From: Monocercomonoides exilis PA203
Lineage: Eukaryota > Protista > Preaxostyla
Reading direction: 5' to 3'
Length of the DNA: 64,000 nucleotides
Assembly: GCA_001643675.2 (NCBI GenBank)
Contig: LSRY02000035.1
Span: 496,001 to 560,000, forward strand
The notes beneath the pieces were generated by a model. It worked only from the letters and a program-made list of their open reading frames with translations, was not told the origin of the DNA and searched no databases. Each line of letters opens with the position of its first letter. Within the stretch, counting starts at the first letter, position 1. Both the position numbers and the translations under genes were made by a program. Positions 23,001-32,298 of this stretch are shown in pieces.

Positions 23001-26000
23001 AACTTTTGCATCTTTCAAACTGCTTGAAAATGCAGCGTTCTTTTCTTTAGGCTCGTATTTCTGCTTCAACATCGAATGATCTGTGAGCATATTCGCGCCT
23101 GGCAGTGTAGGAAAAGTCAACGAAGGAACAGCAGGAGGCGTTCCAACCAAAGATGAAGAAACACTTGAAAATAACTCTTTGCACGTTCCAAATGCCTGCT
23201 TCTTTGATTGAACATGTTCAGAAAGTGAATCTGGGGTCTGTTGCTTTACTTCTGTCATCTCAAGCAATTTGAGTGTTCCCTTCCTGATTTCAGCTTCAAT
23301 CTCCTCAAATGCCATCCATCCTGTCTCAATCGGAGCATTCAGCCAGCGCACTGCATTGAGACACCGCGACACAATTGAAGGCCTTTTACTTGCTTCGTTT
23401 CTTTCTCTCTCATCTTTTTGATTATTTTTGTGATGTTCCTTCTTCTTTGAATGAGCAAACAGAAGATGATCTCGTTCTTCTCTTGTAACTAAATTATTCT
23501 CTATTGTTGTGTTTACTGTCCTTTTCTCGCTGAAATTTTCTTGTTCACTTGCAGCACCTGTTGCAGCTGTTCCAGACGGTTCTTCCAATTCGCTCTTTAT
23601 GTTTGCCACAAGTTTTTGCAGGCTTGTTTTGTTTGCTTTCTCTTCCTTTTCCATCTTCTCCATCTTCTTCTTTCTCTTCTCTTCTCTTCTCTTTCTTTTC
23701 TCTTCTTTTCTTTTCCGTTTGTTCTCCTTTCGTTTTCTTTCTTTCTCATCAATCTTTTCCAGAACTTCAATAAACTTCTTTGCATCTGCCAAATCAACTA
23801 CAGCTTCTGAAGTCGATTTGTCATTCTTCATTTTGGATTCATGTTTTTTATTTGCATCTTCAATTCTCAAACCTGCTTCTGATTCATTTTTGTCTTTCTT
23901 TCTTTGCTCTTTTGAAGTAATTCCTTCGTTTTCTGCTTCTTCTTCTTCTTCCTCTTCCTCTTCTTCTTCTTCAATTTCTCCTTCTTCTTCCTCCTCTTCA
24001 CCTTCTTCCTCTTCTTCTTCGCCCTCTTCTTCATCATTATCTTCCACCTCTTCTTCAATCTCTTCAACATCTCCCTCCTTTTTATCCTTCTCGTTCTCCT
24101 TCTCTTTCCTTCTCTTTAAGATTACAGAATAACCTTTCTGTACCCTCGATTGCTCTTTTGTTGTCTGAGCCAATTCTTCTCTTTCGTTCGTCTTATCATC
24201 CGACTCCAGCTGTGCTGTGAGTATCTGCAGTGCATCTTGCACTGAATAAGCCTGGTTGCTCCGTGCCTTCTCCTCCATCTCGCTCCGAAATCCCTCGGGG
24301 TCTCTGATGTTCTCCCCAAGCACAAGCCCCAGCAGATCCAAGTCCAGCACTTTGTACAGCACACTGGTTGACAGCAGCTCCTTCTTCCCTGTGTACTCCA
24401 TCAGCTCTGCCACAAGCTGGTTCAGCTCTTTCTCTTCGCTGCTGTTGTTCGTGGAGCTGTCACTTTCGCTGTCGCTTGAGGAGAGGGGGAGGAGCGAAGA
24501 GGAGGATAAAGAAGAAGAAGAGGAAGAAGAGCAAAAAGAGGAAGACGAAGACGAAGAGGAAGATAATGATTGGCCTTCTGATTCATCATCAGAGCCATCT
24601 CTTTGTGCATATTTACTTGAATCGTCATTTTCAAAGCTTCCATCTGCATTTGACTTTCGCTTTGATTCCAAAGATGATGAGGAAAAATTAGAAGATTGTG
24701 TGCTTGAATGGGAAGGCACAGGTGAAGGAGAATAAGAAGGAGAACGAGAAATTGAAAGTGCCATTGAAGGAGAAGGTGAATGTGAAAGCGAATGAAGCTG
24801 TGTGTGTGACTGAGATCTGGTTCCTTTGCCATTAAAAGAAGTGAACAAGGGCACTTTTGTGTGATGCGTTGAGTGAGATGTGCTATGATGTGAAGCTGCT
24901 GATCGTGATGAGGATGAGGACGAGGATGATGACGACACTAATGATTGATGATGTCGACGATTGTGTTGCATCGGCAGCTGTTGTTTGTGAGGTGACAGCT
25001 GAAATGGCTTGGAAGTTGGTGTTTGATGAAATGAGTCTGAAGCGTTGCTGGAAATTGCGTCTTGGCTGCGTGAAATGTGGCTGTGAAGATGTTCAAGAGA
25101 AGAACTCGAATGAGAAGTTGTCAGGCGGCTGTGGTGGCGCCGACGAAGGCGAATGTGATGGTGGAAGCGGCGAAAACGTATGTGACGCGGAGAAAGGCTC
25201 GTATTATTGACTTGGGTGGATGGAGTGGAGCTTGCAGTGTTTTCCTCTTTATTTCCTTTCGAAGAAGAAGGCAAAGCTGGCTCATCGGCCCGAGGAGCAG
25301 GCGAAGGCGATGAATGATGAGTTGCTTCGCCTTTTCTTCTGGTTGTGCTGTGTGACTTTCGTTCATGTTCGGCTTGTTCTGCGAGCTGTTCTTTGTTTTT
25401 CGCTGCATCTGCTGCAGCCATCTCTGCCTTTCTTTCTGCCCTTCTTTCTGCCCTTTGTTGTCTTCTCTTTTGCTTCTCTTCTTTCCTCTGAATGCGCTTT
25501 TTGGCTTTTCGGCGGCGATATTCCAACAGGATGCTCGGGATGACAGCAAGAAGACGCGACAAAACGGTATCAAAGCGATTCTGCCACGTTTCAAACAGAC
25601 TGGAAAGTTCGCATTTGGCTTCAGAAATCGCAAAGAAAGTGGACAAGCTGATGTGCCTGCTGTCAAAATCTCTGTTTTCAACTGAAAGAATCGAAGATTT
25701 GTTTGAACGGCAGTCAGAGATTGACTGTGAACTTCCTGTTTTTGGAGAAGAAGTGTTGTTTGCTTTCTTCTCCTCTTTCTCTTCGTTGGGCTCTTCGGGT
25801 GTGATAAACAGCTCCTCCTGAAAATATGCCTCGTTGATCAGGCTGAACATCCTTTTGGCGTCCTTCACCAGCATCATTCGATATGGATGCAGAATCTCCT
25901 CCACTTTGCTTCCAATCAGAGACGCTGACTCCACCCGCAGCCACACACACCACAGCAGCATGGCAGATGAATGGTACAGAGCAGATCTGTTGAGCTTGAA

Positions 26001-29000
26001 CCGCTTCATCTCTTTGTTTGTGTCAAAGAAGCCTCTGCTTTGTGGTGTGCGCAGCGTTGAAGGAAGAAATGGAGTGTGCTGAAAGACAACAGACAACCCA
26101 CCGAAAGTAAAGTGAAAATTGGCATTGCGAAAGTCACCGTGGCAGCACTCAGTCTGCACAAAGGGAGAGAGAAAAGCTGTCGTTGGCAAAGAAGGAGAAG
26201 ACGATAAATGAAGCAAAGAAGGATTCAACTGTTGTGGTGCTGTGGTGATTGCAGAAGTGTTCTGTTGAGACGATTCAGAAAAGTGAGGGGAGAAGGAGGT
26301 TGGCGAATGCGTGGGAGAAAGAGAAGGAGATTTGCAAGGTGAAAGATCGGGGTTGCTGCTCTGGATGAATGTCAGCGCAGGAGAAAGTGCAGCACTTCCC
26401 ACATACTCACTATCACACCTCTCCACAGCAGCGGCGTCGCAAAGCGGAAGCTCCTTCCACTGCTTCTCATTCAAAGTGGTGAAGACGGAGCCATCTTCAA
26501 TGTTCGAGTCCAGTTGGCTTCTGAGAACAGGCAATGTTTCTTTCATGTGGATCACAAAGGGGATGCTTTGCGTGCTGCTTGGCTTGACTTCCATTGGTTG
26601 TTGGCTTGAATTCAATTGCAAATTGTCTGCTTGTGCGACTCTGGTTATTTTTGTGTCAGTGTTATCTTCTGCTTCATTGTGGTTGTTGGTATCTGAAGAA
26701 CCAGGAACATATTTTGATTGCATTGCAGAAGGAGACGCAGAAACAAAAGAAGATAAAAGCGATGGACTCTTTTTCTTTTCATTTGGAGCATTTGCATTGG
26801 GATCGATATGGCAGGGCTCTTTCAAGGCAGTGGAGAGCATTGACAGAGGCACTTGAAACAGAGCAACAGGAGGTTGCTTTGAAGATTTTGAAGAAGAGGA
26901 GGAAGAAGATGATGATGATAATGCTGAAGATGATTGTGGAGGTGGAGGAGACGATGAAGGAGAAGTTGTCAATGCTGTTGATGTCGAAAGAGAAGAGGAA
27001 GCGGAAGAAGAAGATGATGACGAAGACGAAGACGATGAACCAGAATAAGAGAAAAAGCGGTGTGTTGAGCTCCCAGTTGTTTGAGCTGCCGCAGCCTTTG
27101 GCGGTTGTGCAGAAAGTGATGCCTGTGCAATTGCATTGCTGCTTGGGTCAAACACCCACGGCACCATCTGCTGTGTGCTTGCATTCACAATCAGATTCAG
27201 AAAGCGCGCAAGAGGCAGCGCGAGGATGCTGTCAGCTACTGCCACACGAGGAGTCAGCTGCCTTTTGCACTTGCTGCACTGCATCCACATCACCACAGAG
27301 TTCTCGCTCCTTCGCAGCTTCGTCGCTATTTCTTCCATCGACACCACAACACGCGACCCGAGCCACTCGAAGGAGTCGATGTGCTCCAGTTTTGGTCTGC
27401 CGCAGATGGCGCAGGCAGAGTGCGGATGAAGGCGAGTGAGGATGTAGTGCCCGAGGGTGTGCACAGGCAGCTCCTGTACTGTGCCCAGCTGCATGCGGCA
27501 CGCAGTCGTGCAGAAGATGCGGGGGTTCGTGAGACGCGACGAGAAGACTACTGAAATCGAATGGGAGGACAAGAAATCTAAGGGGAAAGAGAAACTGGGG
27601 AGGGACTGTTTTTGAGAAATGTTTGTTGATTCAGATGAAAAAGTTGATGTGGTTAGAACATTGTTGGATGAAACAGAAGTTTTTGTATATTTCAATTGAG
27701 TGTCTGTTGATACTGCAGAATATTGATTTGTTTGTGTGTTCTTTTCTTTCGTAAGATCCCTTGAACTGCTTTCCAAAGAATACTCAGAACGATTCAAATT
27801 GTTGTTTGCTTTGGGCTTTGACTCTTCCGATTCTTCGCTGCTGTCTGAATCACTTTTCGCTTCCTGATCTTTGTCAACATCTTTGCTTGTCCCATTTGAA
27901 ATGTCTGCTCCATCGTCCGCACGTCGAGTTGTGCTGCTCTTTTGCTCATTTTCTGCCAATGAGTTTGATAGAGACGGAGATTGAGAATTTGGCTGGCTTT
28001 TAACAGAAACAGAAGAATTCGTGATTGTTTCCTTTGATGGCGTTTGAGCAGAAGTCAAAGTGACTACCGAAGGCGCATAAAATACATTTATATTTCCCAT
28101 CACTGAAGTTATGGAAACATCATTCTGTTTTGGTTGCTCATCTGATGTTTTGTGATCGTCTGCAAATGAAGACAAAGATAATGTTGATGAATAGTTGTTA
28201 GGTGAAGTTTCATTGGGTGCTGAAAGCAGTTGCCTTTTGTGTGTTTCAACTGTCGAGAAAGAACTTGAATGAAGAGTGATTCTGCAGAACTGAGTAAGCG
28301 GTAGATGGACAAGAATGGGCGATGAATAGTTCTCAACAAACGAACAGAAAGAAGCCGAAGATATTATTCTCTGAAGCTGCGAATAGGAGCTGACAGCCGT
28401 GCGGGAGGGATAAGGCAAAGAAGATGACTGCTTCAAATACTGCTGTGCCAATGATGTCTGAACCAAATGTGTTATTGGATTTAGTGAAGAGTCTTCATTT
28501 GGCGGATCAAACTGTATGTATGAAGGATCAAACAGCATAAACTTTGATTGACTGAATTTATCCTCAGACGAAATTTTCTGAGCCGCTGTGTCTGTGTAAA
28601 AATGCTTTGTAATGCGAACTTGATCTTCAGTGATTGCATTACGTTCTCTGGGAATCGAAGAAATACCCGCAGGTCTTTGCTGAGAGAGAATGTCAATCGG
28701 ACAGTCCAGCAATTGCAGCCATTTTGGATCAAATGGTGAATGTGGAAATGCAGTCTGTAAATGATTTGATTTTTGGTATTGCGTCTTGTTTGAATGAAAT
28801 GTGTTAAGTTTAGAAGAAAGCTTCCTCTCTTTTCTTTCTGATTCAGAAATTTTCTTTCTTTTGATTGCAAATATGAGGTTCCGGATGTGCAAAAGAAGTG
28901 AGTGAAGCGCAGCACGAATGCTGAATGAGTACTTATCAAGTCGAAACACTTTCTCTGTCTCTTGCTCTTCAGATGCTTGTTCAGATTGAAGTTTGTCATT

Positions 29001-32000
29001 GTTACTTTGAATATCATTTGCTGCTGTGGTGGTTGCAACTGTCTGTTTTGCTGCTTCTTCATCAACGTTCTTTTTGGTTGATGGAAGAGAAGAAGTCAAT
29101 GTGCCTATCAACGATGCCAGTGAGTTTAACAGCACAGCAAGCTGGTACAAATTGAACATGTCAACTGTGCGCTCAGACAGCTGACTCTGAAACGAGATGG
29201 TTGATGCAATAAATGCCTGACTGTTCTTGCAGTGTTTGAGAAAAACAGGAGAAAGCTGAGATTTCTCACTGTTTGAAGCAGTAGCCAATTGGTTTTCAGC
29301 AGCACAGACAGAATTAGCAGCAGAACAAGGCGAATCTGATGTCATCTCATCTTTCGTATTAATATTGTTTCTCATAAGTTTCATTGGGTGTATCATCATC
29401 ATCATTGCAAGGTCGATGTCAGCCACTGCAGTCCGTGCCAGTGTGATTCCGATGCGGCACACTTTGATAGCGCGCTTACGAACAAAACGAGGAGAGCCCT
29501 GGATGACAATTGTGGTCACACGAGGAAACGATTTGGTGTTCAGAAACAGAAAATATCGAGATTTTCTGAAACAAGAACTCCTTTTGGTTGAAGAGATGCC
29601 ATTTTCCTGTTGGTAGATTGCTTTTGTTTTTTCTTCTGTTGCTGATTGTTGTGCAGTTGAAGAACTCTTGACTGAGCTGTCTACACAAAGGCGATGCATA
29701 TACTTGAGAGGTATTGGAGTGATAGAACTCATCAAATGTTTCCCATGACTGCTATTCTGTGTAATAGTTCTTCTGTTATTTATCTTTTCTTGAGATTTGA
29801 CTGACGACTGAAAGGAAACAGGAGGATCTGTCTTTATTCTTGCAAAGTTCATCTCTTCAGAGAATTCATCTGACAACTCTTCAAAGTCATTGTCTTCGTC
29901 ATCTGAATCAAACATTTGTTCGTATTCCTTATTTTTCAGATCTTTTCTTTTTCCTTTTGTTTTATTCCATGAATTTTCAAATTCTTCGTTTTCATTCTCT
30001 TTCTCTTTCTCTTTTTCCTTTCCAACAGCAATTTCTCTTTGTTTCTTCTTCATCTCCATCCACTCCCTCATCTTCAGTTCTTTATGCAACTCATTAATCG
30101 ATTTTTCTCTCTCTGCGTCTTTACCCACATCCACAAACATCCAGCTGTCACACCATCCAATTGCCCCTTCCCGTAACTCCTCTCTTGTCGTCGCTATCCG
30201 CACGCCCAGCGCCACAGACACAGCAACCAGCCGAGACAGTGGCAGAGGTGCTGTGACTGTCACGCCGCTGCGGATGAGCGAGCGCAGAAGAGGCAGCGGA
30301 AGCGCAGTGGCTGTGATGATCAGCGTCACCCGCAGCGACATTAAAAGACGGAGGAGAAGAAGGATTTGGTTCGGTTCTTCTTGGAGATAGGCACCCATTT
30401 CGATATATTGGGAGAAGCGACTGCTGGATGCCATTGATCCATCGGAAATAAACTCATCAGACGCTTCTCTTTGAAATGGGAAGACAGGCATCGTCGAGGT
30501 AAAAGAAGAGGCAGATGGAGATGAGGAAGATAACAAGGAAGATATCATCGGAGAAGGAGGATTAAATGGTGGTTCAGAATATGACGACTTCACATTTTTC
30601 GGTCTTTTTCTTGCTTCTTCTCTTTTCAGAGCGATGTGTCTGTTGAGCTCGCTCATCCAGTCCACGTTTAGCAGAATGACACGCGCATTCACTCCGTTCT
30701 GGTTCATTCGAGCATCGCAAGGTGCAATCTCCAGCATCACACCATCCCACAGGAACGAGTCAAGAGAAGGGCAGCATCCGCCAGGCAGCTCTCGCACGAA
30801 GATCCGCGAGACCTGCGGGGAATGCAGATTGGAATGGAAAGAGACAGGTGTCGAGTGGCATAGCAGCCGCTGGCCTGTCTGAAAGGATGCAGTTGTTGGA
30901 GCATTTGGGTGCTCTTTCTCTTTTGATAATGCAAAAAAGATCAAACTTAACAGAAGCCTTGGCCAAAGAATGCTCAGTCCAACGCAGCGACAGATAGAGC
31001 TCAGCATGTCTAGCAAGCGGGATTCTGCCATAAGCTCAAAGATTCTGCGCCTAAAAGGAAGAGGAGAAAGAGACTTCGCATTGAAGGCAGTTAAAAGCGA
31101 AGATATGAAAGAAGGGGGAAGAATGTTGGGAACAGGGCTTTCTCTTTTTGGGAATAACAATTCCAGTTCTGCAAGTATGCGATTCAGAGCTGGTTTTCTG
31201 CTGTTTTCTGATAACTCTATCAACTGAGCTTCTTTTCTTTTGTGCTCTGCAAGGCTTTTAAATGTGTTTTGATACTCATCTGGATGTAAAGATGCATAAT
31301 TCACATATCGTCGATATGGAAACAGTTGTTGTATTGCAGAAGGAAACGCACATTCCGTAACTAAAAATGCATGTTGTCCGCGGTAGTCAGGGAATATATC
31401 ACGTTCATGTGGCAATGGATGTTTTCTGTGTAAAAAAGTGAAATTTAAGAGAGGTTTGTTGAAATAATAGCGCATTTGAAAATCGTTTCTGAAAATTCTT
31501 CGAGAGACGAGCGACACAGGTTGGTATGTCATCAAGCTTTCAATTTCTCTTTGAGTTGTATTTCGATGAAAATCACCTTCTGAGGTACTTTTACCATTTT
31601 CAAGAAACTGATCATCATTTTCAGTCAAATCTTCATCACAACTTCGTTCAATGCTTGCAAGTGAAAAATTGTTCGCGTATTCTCGAAAGTTTTCTTTGAA
31701 ATTGCTGAGTGGAATTTGTAATTTTTCGCAGTTTAAACAAATTCTTACATCTTGATTTTGTCCTTCAAGTTGAATGGAAAAGGAACGACAACATTTCGTG
31801 CAAAAAGATTTATTACAATAATCGCAAGTAAGTCCGCGAATAGATTTCGTAAATTTTGATCCGCATTTTTGGCAAAATAAGGTTGAAGAATAATGTTCTT
31901 TTGGCTTTTGTTGGATATTTCTTTGGCCTAACTGTGCTGTTTCTTCAAATGAAAAATATGATGGATTATTTGGTGTGTTATTTCTTTGAGGGTTTGAAGG

Positions 32001-32126
32001 GTTTGTTATTGGTTCTGATGATTTATTTGATATTTTTGAAGAAACAACTCGAGTGCAATCAAATAAAAAATCAGTTTCAAGCTCAGGCGAAGAACATCGA
32101 AATGAGATGTATTTTGATTGATACAT
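20082..32126 (-). CDS. FAB1: 1-phosphatidylinositol-3-phosphate 5-kinase FAB1/PIKfyve (~3,990 aa)
   Basis: N-terminal FYVE-type Cys pattern; CCT-like region; Cys/His region (HSACAICG..HIDSF..MWMQCSKC); PIP5K domain with GGKSGAAFYKTTDGRFIFKQ, FDLKGS, DYSLLVGID, GIIDYIR and PTIIKPKDYCRRF. In-frame 84-nt intron at 20277-20360. First ATG at 32126. Confidence 0.93.
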   Translation of the reverse strand: MYQSKYISFRCSSPELETDFLFDCTRVVSSKISNKSSEPITNPSNPQRNNTPNNPSYFSFEETAQLGQRNIQQKPKEHYSSTLFCQKCGSKFTKSIRGLTCDYCNKSFCTKCCRSFSIQLEGQNQDVRICLNCEKLQIPLSNFKENFREYANNFSLASIERSCDEDLTENDDQFLENGKSTSEGDFHRNTTQREIESLMTYQPVSLVSRRIFRNDFQMRYYFNKPLLNFTFLHRKHPLPHERDIFPDYRGQHAFLVTECAFPSAIQQLFPYRRYVNYASLHPDEYQNTFKSLAEHKRKEAQLIELSENSRKPALNRILAELELLFPKRESPVPNILPPSFISSLLTAFNAKSLSPLPFRRRIFELMAESRLLDMLSSICRCVGLSILWPRLLLSLIFFALSKEKEHPNAPTTASFQTGQRLLCHSTPVSFHSNLHSPQVSRIFVRELPGGCCPSLDSFLWDGVMLEIAPCDARMNQNGVNARVILLNVDWMSELNRHIALKREEARKRPKNVKSSYSEPPFNPPSPMISSLLSSSSPSASSFTSTMPVFPFQREASDEFISDGSMASSSRFSQYIEMGAYLQEEPNQILLLLRLLMSLRVTLIITATALPLPLLRSLIRSGVTVTAPLPLSRLVAVSVALGVRIATTREELREGAIGWCDSWMFVDVGKDAEREKSINELHKELKMREWMEMKKKQREIAVGKEKEKEKENENEEFENSWNKTKGKRKDLKNKEYEQMFDSDDEDNDFEELSDEFSEEMNFARIKTDPPVSFQSSVKSQEKINNRRTITQNSSHGKHLMSSITPIPLKYMHRLCVDSSVKSSSTAQQSATEEKTKAIYQQENGISSTKRSSCFRKSRYFLFLNTKSFPRVTTIVIQGSPRFVRKRAIKVCRIGITLARTAVADIDLAMMMMIHPMKLMRNNINTKDEMTSDSPCSAANSVCAAENQLATASNSEKSQLSPVFLKHCKNSQAFIASTISFQSQLSERTVDMFNLYQLAVLLNSLASLIGTLTSSLPSTKKNVDEEAAKQTVATTTAANDIQSNNDKLQSEQASEEQETEKVFRLDKYSFSIRAALHSLLLHIRNLIFAIKRKKISESERKERKLSSKLNTFHSNKTQYQKSNHLQTAFPHSPFDPKWLQLLDCPIDILSQQRPAGISSIPRERNAITEDQVRITKHFYTDTAAQKISSEDKFSQSKFMLFDPSYIQFDPPNEDSSLNPITHLVQTSLAQQYLKQSSSLPYPSRTAVSSYSQLQRIISSASFCSFVENYSSPILVHLPLTQFCRITLHSSSFSTVETHKRQLLSAPNETSPNNYSSTLSLSSFADDHKTSDEQPKQNDVSITSVMGNINVFYAPSVVTLTSAQTPSKETITNSSVSVKSQPNSQSPSLSNSLAENEQKSSTTRRADDGADISNGTSKDVDKDQEAKSDSDSSEESEESKPKANNNLNRSEYSLESSSRDLTKEKNTQTNQYSAVSTDTQLKYTKTSVSSNNVLTTSTFSSESTNISQKQSLPSFSFPLDFLSSHSISVVFSSRLTNPRIFCTTACRMQLGTVQELPVHTLGHYILTRLHPHSACAICGRPKLEHIDSFEWLGSRVVVSMEEIATKLRRSENSVVMWMQCSKCKRQLTPRVAVADSILALPLARFLNLIVNASTQQMVPWVFDPSSNAIAQASLSAQPPKAAAAQTTGSSTHRFFSYSGSSSSSSSSSSSSASSSLSTSTALTTSPSSSPPPPQSSSALSSSSSSSSSSKSSKQPPVALFQVPLSMLSTALKEPCHIDPNANAPNEKKKSPSLLSSFVSASPSAMQSKYVPGSSDTNNHNEAEDNTDTKITRVAQADNLQLNSSQQPMEVKPSSTQSIPFVIHMKETLPVLRSQLDSNIEDGSVFTTLNEKQWKELPLCDAAAVERCDSEYVGSAALSPALTFIQSSNPDLSPCKSPSLSPTHSPTSFSPHFSESSQQNTSAITTAPQQLNPSLLHLSSSPSLPTTAFLSPFVQTECCHGDFRNANFHFTFGGLSVVFQHTPFLPSTLRTPQSRGFFDTNKEMKRFKLNRSALYHSSAMLLWCVWLRVESASLIGSKVEEILHPYRMMLVKDAKRMFSLINEAYFQEELFITPEEPNEEKEEKKANNTSSPKTGSSQSISDCRSNKSSILSVENRDFDSRHISLSTFFAISEAKCELSSLFETWQNRFDTVLSRLLAVIPSILLEYRRRKAKKRIQRKEEKQKRRQQRAERRAERKAEMAAADAAKNKEQLAEQAEHERKSHSTTRRKGEATHHSSPSPAPRADEPALPSSSKGNKEENTASSTPSTQVNNTSLSPRHIRFRRFHHHIRLRRRHHSRLTTSHSSSSLEHLHSHISRSQDAISSNASDSFHQTPTSKPFQLSPHKQQLPMQHNRRHHQSLVSSSSSSSSSSRSAASHHSTSHSTHHTKVPLFTSFNGKGTRSQSHTQLHSLSHSPSPSMALSISRSPSYSPSPVPSHSSTQSSNFSSSSLESKRKSNADGSFENDDSSKYAQRDGSDDESEGQSLSSSSSSSSSFCSSSSSSSLSSSSLLPLSSSDSESDSSTNNSSEEKELNQLVAELMEYTGKKELLSTSVLYKVLDLDLLGLVLGENIRDPEGFRSEMEEKARSNQAYSVQDALQILTAQLESDDKTNEREELAQTTKEQSRVQKGYSVILKRRKEKENEKDKKEGDVEEIEEEVEDNDEEEGEEEEEEGEEEEEEGEIEEEEEEEEEEEEAENEGITSKEQRKKDKNESEAGLRIEDANKKHESKMKNDKSTSEAVVDLADAKKFIEVLEKIDEKERKRKENKRKRKEEKRKRREEKRKKKMEKMEKEEKANKTSLQKLVANIKSELEEPSGTAATGAASEQENFSEKRTVNTTIENNLVTREERDHLLFAHSKKKEHHKNNQKDERERNEASKRPSIVSRCLNAVRWLNAPIETGWMAFEEIEAEIRKGTLKLLEMTEVKQQTPDSLSEHVQSKKQAFGTCKELFSSVSSSLVGTPPAVPSLTFPTLPGANMLTDHSMLKQKYEPKEKNAAFSSSLKDAKVDSKNLGLIVSVAKEKQENNPEIFSEQNQKTTLLQGIQSENADGITKLGEDTYIVTKRADPEMSMKLKMEMEEEIEADERERTNKRKRKEKGKKIVSTESLFACMSLFPHPDTYFFVNRRYQQAICMLYNYLHIQLPKAATLSTAASMPSLECATMPPSSATSATLTVTATASATASSASSCFSGASSAVFLSSPVNSFSDPTSHPQTSQTAFTLSSSSTSSNMAISKPLSSSTAHSFTATRQQSSSHASQSFQFSDLFVSQRPPSMHQSWPKAPVNPLSLHPHCERGRYGEAVFVDEEQPTSILAAVLLSADHHNHIVERAAECLGIERIPEEALINTPLEKKDLKRATGIEGGSEHASLAQSQNSTMYSSAGKEEVGVNAASVLVPLPNVAQSYQKLAADAIHSSIEEGASEKERNGENSADTEQTNETQKLYALSLADGMGENSQIQNPKESNANNDDEKTDQVKHSNENMNVCKEDAEHRASSNDVELIRPVPQVPDLSSFNPSAQAEFEPGERCSPQLIVSAAPSHASIHTTAESEKHSLSPLMSPKLTPFRSPQLLSPRSPFVALPSPSSSPSPFTAVSDSPGKQLLPPLGEPILPTSEAQHECLLFNCRDDYTQTISDTHFDVVVTLHFALHFYALRARMVGNRIFAQSLLSCRHMSGKGGKSGAAFYKTTDGRFIFKQIFSTEMRQLMSNVRGYMQHYGPSLFEGSPSALIPFLALITMEKRATASGGKKGVMHFVVMKNLFVEHSIKVQFDLKGSQRSRYVKEKKRLKERKDGESDGDEAPAQDGILNEREEEGPTVLMDSNLVEMMYDEKLVLEEADWLYLMRSVDRDAHFLESLRVIDYSLLVGIDAQRKMLVCGIIDYIRMFTLDKQLEVWLLLNFYFELSENNIFLFLFFSFDFFQSIVKKSGILGQGSVAPTIIKPKDYCRRFLHSVNQYFTPIPSPYDSLIVQKDWPDKLKLSKDGFN

Positions 32127-32298
32127 CACCGCGACATGTTCGAGCAAATGGAGAAAATTATTATTTTTTGAATAAAAAGAAAAACTCCCATACACATAAA
32201 AATACTTTAATTTTGATTTTTCCTCAACGAAAAAAAAAAACACAAAATAATATACAGAGATGAAATGTTAGAATTCTCTCAAAATTTAACAACAAAGT

